A stretch of 64,000 nucleotides of DNA, taken from NCBI GenBank assembly GCA_965218695.1, contig OZ244651.1, positions 960,001 through 1,024,000 of the forward strand. The letters run 5' to 3'. This document shows positions 1 through 8,484 of this stretch, piece after piece. The translations under genes and the position numbers were made by a program. Within the stretch, counting starts at the first letter, position 1, and the number at the start of each line of letters is the position of its first letter. The DNA is from Nitrosopumilus sp. GTDB lineage: Archaea > Thermoproteota > Nitrososphaeria > Nitrososphaerales > Nitrosopumilaceae. The notes beneath the pieces are model-generated. The model made no database searches, was not told where the DNA came from, and saw only the letters and a program-made list of their open reading frames with translations.

Positions 1-554
1 GGGTTGGGACGGCACGTTAGTGTGCGACGGCTGGACGGCGTACGGAAAATACCGCGTCCAGCGCTGCTGGTCGCACATAATACGCGAGGCCAGGGACATC
101 TGCAACCGCAATCCGGACTGCCCAGGCGCGCGCAACGTCCTGAAGCACCTGCGCATAATCTATGATTATGCCAGAAGGGCAAGCAGGAAACGCTCGCGCT
201 CTCTCCGGGACAACGCGTCTGCCATGCTGACGTCATGCATCGAAAAGATCGTTGCAAGGTACGCCGACGATCCAATATTGGAAAAATTCATGGTCAAGAT
301 CAGCAATGCTGGCAGCGACCTGTTCCGGTTCGTGCTGAACCCAAAGATCCCGCCTACAAACAATGCTGCAGAACGCGGGTTGCGCGAGATAGTCGTGCAC
401 AGAAAAATACGGGGCAGCATAAGGGCAGAGGAGACGATGACGTGGATGGCGAATTTCTTTTCATGTGTAATGACATGGAAAAACAAGAAATTGGATTACT
501 TGGCGGAGATTGCAAAATACGCCTAAAAATGAGTTAAACCACGTGAACACTTAC
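1..554 (+). mobile_element. IS66-family (single-ORF type) element, copy 1, 3' part only
   Basis: Same sequence as the 3' part of 2626-4151; C-terminal transposase (PTNNAAERGLR) ends at 526; right TIR ACGTGAACACTTAC ends at 554. Confidence 0.93.
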
Positions 555-682
555 CTTTTTTGTATGCTGCTTCGAGTTCTTCCCGTGTTACTTTGCTCAT
601 GCCGCGTTAGGCGACAATCTGATCTACATAGTTTCCGGTCCGAGGTGCTGAACTTGGAACGAATTTTCGCTTTTCACTATAG
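555..682 (-). mobile_element. IS630-family left-end remnant interrupted by IS66 copy 1
   Basis: Similar to 48281-48401 (end CACTATAG; MSKVTREELEAAYKK vs MDETKQEELEKAYKK). Confidence 0.7.
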
Positions 683-744
683 TTGCTGACCTCATACTTT
701 AATTGTTCTTAATTATTTATATAGTTTAATAAAAAATCTACCTC

Positions 745-1743
745 ATGAATAGTAAAGGACAAAAAACCCAAAGCGGATCTAAGAAAAAAGTAGTAGTAGC
801 AATTGGCGGAAATTCCATTTTGCAACAAGATCAAGTTGGCACATATGAAGAACAGCAAGAAAATATTAAAAAAATGGCAAAAAGTATTGCTTCTATTATT
901 CTAGGAAAACATCGATACGAAATTTCAGTTCTTATTCATGGTAATGGGCCTCAGGTGGGAAACCTCCTTCTTCAACAGGAATCGGCAACGAATGTTCCTA
1001 ATCAGCCGATGCACACAGTTATTGCAATGACACAAGGCCAAATCGGATACATGATACAACAAGCACTTCAAAACGAGTTTATAAAATTAAAAAAAAATAA
1101 AAGGGTTGTAAGTTTGATTACTCAAACAGTAGTCACCGAAAAAGATTCAAACCTTTCTAACGTCCCTCCAACTAAACCCATAGGTCCTTTTTTTACAGAG
1201 TCTGAAGCAAAAAAATTAGGAAATAGTACAAACCATGTCTATAAGAAGGTAAAACCTACTGGGAAAAAAACGTGGAGAAGGGTAGTTCCATCTCCAAAGC
1301 CACTTGAAATTGTAGAATTAGATATAGTGAAAAAATTGATTGATGATTCCTGCTTATTGATTGCTGGCGGCGGCGGCGGCATTCCTGTAAGTAAGAATTG
1401 TTCTGGTTTTGAGGCAGTAAACTGCCTGGTTGATAAGGATCATGCTGCATCTTTGCTTGCAAAATCTATTGGAGCTTCAGTACTTTTTTTTCTAACAGAC
1501 ATAGATAAAGTGAAATTGAATTATGGTAAACCAAATGAAAGCGATTTGGATACTATTACTGTAAAAACTGCAAAAAAGCTCCTAAAAGAGGGAGCATTTT
1601 TGGAGGGAAGTATGAAACCAAAGATACTAGCATCCTTAGATTTCTTAGAATCTGGGGGAGATATTGCTATTATCACATCTTTTGATCATGCCGTAGCAGC
1701 ATTAAATGGTAAAGCTGGTACAAAAATTACTTCAAAAGATTAA
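745..1743 (+). CDS. arcC: Carbamate kinase
   Basis: VVAIGGN, HGNGPQVG, TQGQIGY, PTKPIGPF, WRRVVPSPKP, GGGGIPV, DKD, GSMKPK motifs; AT-rich codon usage. Confidence 0.95.
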   Translation: MNSKGQKTQSGSKKKVVVAIGGNSILQQDQVGTYEEQQENIKKMAKSIASIILGKHRYEISVLIHGNGPQVGNLLLQQESATNVPNQPMHTVIAMTQGQIGYMIQQALQNEFIKLKKNKRVVSLITQTVVTEKDSNLSNVPPTKPIGPFFTESEAKKLGNSTNHVYKKVKPTGKKTWRRVVPSPKPLEIVELDIVKKLIDDSCLLIAGGGGGIPVSKNCSGFEAVNCLVDKDHAASLLAKSIGASVLFFLTDIDKVKLNYGKPNESDLDTITVKTAKKLLKEGAFLEGSMKPKILASLDFLESGGDIAIITSFDHAVAALNGKAGTKITSKD

Positions 1744-2602
1744 GTTTTGCTAATATTAAATTACCAAAGTCGCTATCAAAAACAAACACGGTTGCCATAA
1801 TCGCACCTATGCCTGCATCGATACCACTGGAATTGCCCACTTGAATAAGATCCATCAAAGGAAGTTTTGTTTCGTTCTCTCCTGACAATAGAAAACTAAC
1901 AAATACTTCGAGGGGCTCAATTACGATGCCATTCTGAGAGTAATCAATGAATTTTTTGCTAGCCCAGTTAGTGTTTCCCATGATAACAAATTTGGTGAGC
2001 TTGTGATTTGAGAATAAAAGAATTCTATTCAAGCAAAATAAGAAACCAACTATAAAATCGTCCCCTGAAGGAGTGAACCCGTTTCCCAAACCAACAATAC
2101 TTGAAAGCTGGTTTGACAGTTTTGCCAAATCATGTTTTTGTGTAGATTCTGATATTGACTTGATTGAATTTGCCAATTTATTGAAAAATGGTGAGCGACT
2201 ATCCAGAATGCTTCCTAAAGTGTCAAAAAGACGGAGTTCATCAACAGAAAGCAAAACTCTACTCTGCAAACCAGCTTTTATTTCATGATCTTTTGTTGTC
2301 AGATAAATTTTCGAGTTTTTGGTATTAAATCCGATAGTTCCCAACTTTAACCCGTTTGGTGTTCTGATGGCTTTTTTGTTGATACAATCTAATTTCAAAA
2401 AATTAACGGGTGAATTAAGATTCAGATTAATTGGAGCTTTTACATCCTTGGAAGTTAAACAGATTAAATCGTCATCTATCGTTTTCAAATAAACTGTATT
2501 TTCAAATACTTTTACAGTTTCGCCAATTGTTTCACCCTTAGAATACGATTCTATAAAATTTAATGCTGATTTTCCAACAGTGTTAATTTCAAAATCCAAC
2601 AC
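1727..2602 (-). CDS. DUF2877 / AllH (YlbF)-like protein
   Basis: Characteristic GLGNGFTPSGDDFIVG and GNSSGID motifs. Confidence 0.8.
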   Translation of the reverse strand: MLDFEINTVGKSALNFIESYSKGETIGETVKVFENTVYLKTIDDDLICLTSKDVKAPINLNLNSPVNFLKLDCINKKAIRTPNGLKLGTIGFNTKNSKIYLTTKDHEIKAGLQSRVLLSVDELRLFDTLGSILDSRSPFFNKLANSIKSISESTQKHDLAKLSNQLSSIVGLGNGFTPSGDDFIVGFLFCLNRILLFSNHKLTKFVIMGNTNWASKKFIDYSQNGIVIEPLEVFVSFLLSGENETKLPLMDLIQVGNSSGIDAGIGAIMATVFVFDSDFGNLILAKLNLLK

Positions 2603-2625
2603 AGTGGTTCACCAGTAAACTATTT

Positions 2626-4151
2626 GTAAGTGTTCACGTCGTGCCTAATTCAGTTCACTCTTGGGTAAATTTTGTGCAAACCACAGATCCAAATAGGATG
2701 GTAATCCAAACCCGATGTGAAAAGCCAGGCTGAACTCAAAAAGATGTACACGGATCTCAAGACTGAGAACATCAAGCTCAAGCAGACGATTGAGATGCAA
2801 GGGCAGATAATTGAGGAATTGAATCTGGCAGTTGCTGATCTTAAGCGCAGGCTGGTGCGGCATGACAATTACAACACCCCGTCATCACAAAAAAGGGGGC
2901 CCGGATGGCCTGACACAAAGGGAAAAGGCGACGAAAAGAATGCCTACAATAAATCCACAAAAGCCTCCCGGGATCAAAAGGACCGCGTGGATGCGGCCGG
3001 CAGCGGGAAGTCGCGCGGGGGGCAAAAAGGCCACATGGGCCGCACCCGCAAGCCAAAACCCACCGAGTTTGAGGAACACACCCCGGAGGCCTGCCCCGAA
3101 TGCGGCTCGGGTAGCCTTTCCATAGTGCAGTCAGAAAAACGCGACATTACCAGGGTGGAGCGCACGATAAAGGTCATCACCACGCGCCACACCATAAACA
3201 CGTGTCGCTGCTCCTGCGGTCTGGTGGACATCAAGCCCGAGACCGGCCTTCCAGACAAGGGCAGCTACGATCCGAGCATAACGACTGATGTTGCAGACGA
3301 TTACGTGTGTCGCATGCCGTTTAGGATGATCGCAGACCGCATGTCGCGGTACGGAATTACACTCTCCTCGGGCACGGCGCACAACATAATGCGCAGGCTG
3401 GGAACGTCGCTGGGCGCCCCTGCGGCAGCCATTGCCGCCATGATACGCAAGGCCAAGATACTGCACGCCGACGAGACATCGATTCACCTAAACGGCCGCA
3501 ACGTCTGGGTGTGGATACTGCACGATCCGCTGACCGGGCACGCGCTGTACGTGATACGGGACAGCCGGGGGGCAAAGGTTCTGAAAGAAGCGCTTGGGGG
3601 TTGGGACGGCACGTTAGTGTGCGACGGCTGGACGGCGTACGGAAAATACCGCGTCCAGCGCTGCTGGTCGCACATAATACGCGAGGCCAGGGACATCTGC
3701 AACCGCAATCCGGACTGCCCAGGCGCGCGCAACGTCCTGAAGCACCTGCGCATAATCTATGATTATGCCAGAAGGGCAAGCAGGAAACGCTCGCGCTCTC
3801 TCCGGGACAACGCGTCTGCCATGCTGACGTCATGCATCGAAAAGATCGTTGCAAGGTACGCCGACGATCCAATATTGGAAAAATTCATGGTCAAGATCAG
3901 CAATGCTGGCAGCGACCTGTTCCGGTTCGTGCTGAACCCAAAGATCCCGCCTACAAACAATGCTGCAGAACGCGGGTTGCGCGAGATAGTCGTGCACAGA
4001 AAAATACGGGGCAGCATAAGGGCAGAGGAGACGATGACGTGGATGGCGAATTTCTTTTCATGTGTAATGACATGGAAAAACAAGAAATTGGATTACTTGG
4101 CGGAGATTGCAAAATACGCCTAAAAATGAGTTAAACCACGTGAACACTTAC
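2626..4151 (+). mobile_element. IS66-family element, copy 2 (1526 bp), with 8-bp target duplication
   Basis: 14-bp TIR GTAAGTGTTCACGT/ACGTGAACACTTAC; TSD AACTATTT at 2618-2625 and 4152-4159. Confidence 0.95.
2717..4123 (+). CDS. IS66-family transposase (468 aa)
   Basis: N-terminal coiled coil, GGQKGH, CPECG zinc ribbon, HADET, CDG, QRCWSH, TNNAAER. Confidence 0.95.
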   Translation: MKSQAELKKMYTDLKTENIKLKQTIEMQGQIIEELNLAVADLKRRLVRHDNYNTPSSQKRGPGWPDTKGKGDEKNAYNKSTKASRDQKDRVDAAGSGKSRGGQKGHMGRTRKPKPTEFEEHTPEACPECGSGSLSIVQSEKRDITRVERTIKVITTRHTINTCRCSCGLVDIKPETGLPDKGSYDPSITTDVADDYVCRMPFRMIADRMSRYGITLSSGTAHNIMRRLGTSLGAPAAAIAAMIRKAKILHADETSIHLNGRNVWVWILHDPLTGHALYVIRDSRGAKVLKEALGGWDGTLVCDGWTAYGKYRVQRCWSHIIREARDICNRNPDCPGARNVLKHLRIIYDYARRASRKRSRSLRDNASAMLTSCIEKIVARYADDPILEKFMVKISNAGSDLFRFVLNPKIPPTNNAAERGLREIVVHRKIRGSIRAEETMTWMANFFSCVMTWKNKKLDYLAEIAKYA

Positions 4152-4153
4152 AA

Positions 4154-4552
4154 CTATTTTTTTATGCTCGCCATGTAGGCACGCCAACTACCATACTCGG
4201 AAATATCTTTGTGGCTTGATTCGGCTATATCTCTCGGGAATAGTACGCCCTTGACTACGCGGCCATTGTTCAATCTAACATCTCCAAAATATAGATCAGG
4301 CGGTTCTGTATTTTTTATTCGCTGAAAGATTTCATTGCTCATGTGGTACATTTCGCCGGCAACTGAAACGCCACCTTTCTCGACTTCAAACATGCCAGGA
4401 TGAACGTCGTCAATAGAATAAAGACGATAAATTGGAATGGTGTGAAATTCGCCAAGAAATTCTGCACCTTGCAAATTTTTGTGCAGCGACAATCCGCGCA
4501 TCAGTGTTCCATTGACAAATAATTCGTTTCTAGACTTTATTACCATCACCAC
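4154..4552 (-). CDS. Stand-alone allophanate hydrolase C-terminal-like domain (GGCT-like fold)
   Basis: LFVNGTLMRG, YRLYSI..HPGM, VAGEMY, GDVRL..G..VKG, DISEYGSWRAY resemble the C-domain of allophanate hydrolase (DIT.FGGWRAY). Confidence 0.75.
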   Translation of the reverse strand: MVMVIKSRNELFVNGTLMRGLSLHKNLQGAEFLGEFHTIPIYRLYSIDDVHPGMFEVEKGGVSVAGEMYHMSNEIFQRIKNTEPPDLYFGDVRLNNGRVVKGVLFPRDIAESSHKDISEYGSWRAYMASIKK

Positions 4553-5414
4553 AAGCAGTTTTTATCGCATTAATGAACCTTGAGGAGTCTGACACCCAAC
4601 CAAACACACCGCCTTGCATCTTAATCTGCTTTATTGCAGCTTCATAATTGCCAATATTAGTAGCAGCCGTACAATCTTTGAGGAGTATACACCAATATCC
4701 TATATCATTTGCCTCTCTCATTATTGCATGAACACAAACATCTGTGGTAACCCCTGTCATAATTAAGTGAGTTATGCCCAAGTTTTTTAAAGTTATAGAC
4801 AAATTACTATGACCAAATGCCCCCTTTGCAGATTTGTCTATTACAAATTCATTTTCAGCTGGGGCCAATTCATTTACAATGTCCCAGTTCTTTTGCCCCC
4901 TTACAAGAAGTTGTCCTTCTCCTCCTTCAGGCCTGTCCCCGATTCCAACACCCTGTCCTATTATCTTACTTCGTAGCAGTTTGTTGTATGGAAGATCAGC
5001 AAGATTTGGCATATGGCCCTCCCGTGTATGTACTACTTTGATATCAGTTCCTTTTCGTATCGTATTAAGTACATGCTTAATTGGTTTGATGGGAGTGGCA
5101 GTTAAAGAAAGATCATAGCCCATTATGTCTACATATCCTCCCTTAGCGCAAAAATCTACCTGCATATCTACAATCACAAATGCAGTTCTTGCAGAGTCAA
5201 GCTCTACATATGCTGTGTCACCAAAATTTGGGCAATCTTCAACTTCCATCTTTAGGAGTTTGCCTTTTATAGGTCCGTAAAGCCAGCTAGGAAACTTGAA
5301 GGTGCGAGTTTGTTGAAATGTTTCATAATCTTCCTGAACTCTAGCAAGTTTATCTTCTTTAGACAACTCAGAATCTTCTTTTACTTTGGTAGACTCCGAT
5401 AATAGATCCCTCAC
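4530..5414 (-). CDS. biuH: Biuret hydrolase (isochorismatase-like cysteine hydrolase) with N-terminal extension
   Basis: DMQVDFCAKGGYVDIMGYDLSL, HTREGH, DKSAKGAF, GVTTDVCV, MREAND, IKMQGGVFG; Asp-Lys-Cys triad and BiuH-type motifs. Confidence 0.85.
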   Translation of the reverse strand: MRDLLSESTKVKEDSELSKEDKLARVQEDYETFQQTRTFKFPSWLYGPIKGKLLKMEVEDCPNFGDTAYVELDSARTAFVIVDMQVDFCAKGGYVDIMGYDLSLTATPIKPIKHVLNTIRKGTDIKVVHTREGHMPNLADLPYNKLLRSKIIGQGVGIGDRPEGGEGQLLVRGQKNWDIVNELAPAENEFVIDKSAKGAFGHSNLSITLKNLGITHLIMTGVTTDVCVHAIMREANDIGYWCILLKDCTAATNIGNYEAAIKQIKMQGGVFGWVSDSSRFINAIKTACGDGNKV

Positions 5415-5537
5415 TTAACCTTCACCTGCAATTTAGTATAATATCTACTCTTCCAAACTATTTTTATTTTCATATTCATCCCGATTTGCTTGATATTAGT
5501 TTCAAAAACATGTTCTAAGGGGGATGGTCTTAATGAA

Positions 5538-5660
5538 CTATTTATTAACTGATGCACTAGTACCGCCTTTTGCAATTCCAACAGCTAGATATACTCCACA
5601 CCCACCTATCAAGCCACCGAAAATAGGAAACAGATTTGGTATATAAGTATTCTTGGAACG
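5538..5660 (-). pseudogene. Possible C-terminal TM remnant of a membrane protein truncated by an IS
   Basis: Frame reads RSKNTYIPNLFPIFGGLIGGCGVYLAVGIAKGGTSASVNK* and runs into the IS remnant at about 5661. Confidence 0.35.
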
Positions 5661-6380
5661 TGGGGGTTGTCACATAAATCATGTTGAGCGTATGATCGTG
5701 GCGTCATTGACTCATACCGGCTAAGGATCACAAAGTGTGCCCCCCCCCCTTCAATGAATCACAAGAGAAGGGCTAACTACTGGAATAGTTATCACAGGGC
5801 ACACACTACTGAGCGCAACTTTCGGATAAAAACTATCGTGTCTCTGGTCGGGAGGAACCCGCCGCCGGCAAAACAGGGCAGTGGTAAACGCGGGAGACCC
5901 CGAATACACTCGGCAGAGAAGATGGCCTGCGTATGTGTCATCATGATCTTCGAGGGCCTCACGTCCAGGAACGCGCAAAACTGCGTGTACCGGATGGTAC
6001 CTTCCGTGGCACGAGCCGGTTCCGGACCATTCAACGATAGCGCGATTCCTTGAGACGATTCCAATCTGGTGACTGGAACGAATCCTGAGGGAGGCTGCGC
6101 GTCAATGCATGGAGGCGGCAGGCACGACAGATTAGGACTTGACTGATTTACACGACATACGAGGTAAGCGGGAGCGGCCTGCGCGGCCGGGGGCTGAATG
6201 ACGAAAAAACGTCAAGATCGAGGCGCTCATGCACGAAGAGAGGCTGCACGCCGTCATAGAGGAGATTGCCCGGACGCTGTTTGCCAATTTTGCGCTGATC
6301 CTGCACGTGAGCGACGTCGGCGTGCTTCGCGCAGAAAAGTTTGCCTGACCTGGAATTTCAAAACCCTTAACATGCCTGCG
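5661..6380 (+). pseudogene. Degenerate IS5-like transposase remnant
   Basis: 5754-6053 YWNSY...GKRGRPRIHS...MACVC...GLTSRN type N-terminus, frameshifted; abrupt GC increase; right boundary approximate. Confidence 0.5.
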
Positions 6381-6521
6381 TGCTGCTGCTGATTGATGCA
6401 ACGCCTTTTGGAAGTGAGTGTGAGGCCGCGGTCTTCAAATTTTTGCATCCGTCTTGCATGCCGGGTGCAACCCGGAACTGTCATCCGGACAGATACGATC
6501 TGGCCAAATTGCGTGTCTTGG

Positions 6522-6743
6522 CTATAACCTTGCAGGAATCACTATCTCTTGAAGGGCGTTAACTGATGGTGCACCGCCCTCTAGCGCTTCTGGCAGGACG
6601 GCAATGCCGTGCTCCTCGACTACCTCAGTCCCCTGCGAGGCATGATACCCGATATAGCCTGCAGTGGCCACGATGGCTACTATGACAAGACCCATTAGAA
6701 TGTCCAACTTGCCTTGAACTCGAATGATACTCACTATAAGCAT
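6522..6743 (-). pseudogene. Fragment of a membrane protein (DUF2231-like C-terminus)
   Basis: Hydrophobic helix followed by GYHASQGTEVVEEHGIAV; N-terminus apparently missing. Confidence 0.35.
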
Positions 6744-6895
6744 TATGGGGGAAAGTCTGTCTCATGGTGAAGAATTCAGTCGATGCTGGTCAGTGGACAT
6801 ACAGCGAGATCACGATGGCTAACAGCCGTAGGCAGATCTCGATAAGTCAAGAGCCTAAAAATTAATTACACCGTTAGATGGTGGGTATGTAAATT

Positions 6896-8203
6896 ATGAT
6901 CGATACCGAACTAGGGGAGTTACGCAGGACACATTATTCTGACGACCTGTCAGGCACCGACGACGGCCGCACGGTTACCGTCATGGGATGGATCCTGACG
7001 GTGCGGGGACATGGAAACATCAGTTTTGCCACCATACGCGACAAGAACGGCGATCTCTCGATAGTGGCAAAGAAGGGGGAATGCCCTGACGAGATCCGTG
7101 AGAAGATGTCGTCCCTCAGGGCGCACTCCTCTGTGGCAGTCACCGGCAGGATAAAGGCATCAGAGAAGGCCCCGAGCGGATTTGAGATAGTTCCGTCCGG
7201 TCTGAGGGTATTCTCAGAGGTGCAAAAGACCCCTCCGTTTGATCCGCTGGCGCGAACCGTAAAGAACATCGAGACCCGGCTGGAAGTCAGACCAATTGAT
7301 CTCAGGCGCATGCCACTCCAGCACATATTCCGTGTCCGAAGCAGCATACTTGCGTCCATCCGGGAATATCTGACCGGGGAGTCATTCACCGAGATCAACA
7401 CGCCAAAGATGATTGCCAGTGCCACGGAGGGCGGATCCGCGCTGTTTCCGATATTCTACTATGACAAGGAGGCGTTTCTGGCCCAGAGTCCGCAGCTGTA
7501 CAAGGAACAGCTTACCATGAGCTTTGAGAAGGTCTTTGAGATTGGTCCAATATTCAGGGCCGAGTCCTCAAGGACCAACAGACATCTTGCAGAGGCCATA
7601 TCCGTGGATCTGGAGGAGGCGTTTGTAGACTACAACGACGTCATGGACAGGATTGAAAGGATAATCAAGGCCTCCGTCGACACGGCTGCCTCCCACGCAG
7701 CAGAGAACCCGGACACGGGGTTTGCAGTCCCGGAGGTTCCGGAGGGCATTCCAAGATACACCTATGCCAAACTGCTGGAGATGATGCAGCAGGCAGGGGT
7801 GAAGACCCAGTGGGGCGATGACCTGTATCCGTCAGGCCTGGCCAAGATAGGCCTGGATGGATTCTACTTTATCACTGACTGGCCGCTTGGGCCCAAGCCG
7901 TTTTATGTCAAGGCAGGCAGAACCCCCGATACCTCCGAGTCCTTTGATCTGATGTTTGGCAGCCTGGAACTGTCGTCTGGCAGCACAAGGATCGAGAAGC
8001 GCGACGAGCTTGTGGAGAGGATGAAGAACAAGGGCATGGATCCGGACTCCTTTGAGTACCATCTTGCGGCATTTGACTATGGCGTCCCCCCGCATGCCGG
8101 ATGCGGAATCGGCCTTGAGAGGTTGATGATGGCAGTTACGGGCACGGAGAACATACGGGACACGACATTCTATCCGCGTGATGTGGACCGGCTGATGCCG
8201 TAG
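6896..8203 (+). CDS. aspS: Aspartate--tRNA(Asp/Asn) ligase, archaeal type
   Basis: OB-fold N-terminus, LAQSPQLYKE, FRAE..TNRHLAE, ELSSGS, GIGLERL; adjacent to gatCAB. Confidence 0.96.
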   Translation: MIDTELGELRRTHYSDDLSGTDDGRTVTVMGWILTVRGHGNISFATIRDKNGDLSIVAKKGECPDEIREKMSSLRAHSSVAVTGRIKASEKAPSGFEIVPSGLRVFSEVQKTPPFDPLARTVKNIETRLEVRPIDLRRMPLQHIFRVRSSILASIREYLTGESFTEINTPKMIASATEGGSALFPIFYYDKEAFLAQSPQLYKEQLTMSFEKVFEIGPIFRAESSRTNRHLAEAISVDLEEAFVDYNDVMDRIERIIKASVDTAASHAAENPDTGFAVPEVPEGIPRYTYAKLLEMMQQAGVKTQWGDDLYPSGLAKIGLDGFYFITDWPLGPKPFYVKAGRTPDTSESFDLMFGSLELSSGSTRIEKRDELVERMKNKGMDPDSFEYHLAAFDYGVPPHAGCGIGLERLMMAVTGTENIRDTTFYPRDVDRLMP

Positions 8204-8217
8204 GCGATGGGCGGGAC

Positions 8218-8484
8218 ATGGTTACACACGAGGAGATAAGGCTTGTTGCAGGGATGATGAAGATTGACATACAAGAGTATGACAAGTATGTGGACAAGGT
8301 CGAGTCGATGATAGGCTATTTTGACATACTGGACTCTGCAGGAGTAGGGGATGAGGAGATTACGGTGCGCGAGATTCCCGCCTTCGGCCTGCGCCAAGAC
8401 ACCCATGTCGCATCCGATCAGAGGCTGATTGACAGACTCAACAACTACAAGGGGGCCTACGTCAGGGCGCCAAAGATGTCCTGA
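8218..8484 (+). CDS. gatC: Asp/Glu-tRNA amidotransferase subunit C
   Basis: 88 aa between aspS and gatA; ends GAYVRAPKM. Confidence 0.85.
   Translation: MVTHEEIRLVAGMMKIDIQEYDKYVDKVESMIGYFDILDSAGVGDEEITVREIPAFGLRQDTHVASDQRLIDRLNNYKGAYVRAPKMS

Noticed and set aside
5415-5537. Riboswitch (e.g. guanidine class) upstream of biuH
   Set aside because: AT-rich leader without recognisable conserved motifs; an Rfam/Infernal scan would be needed
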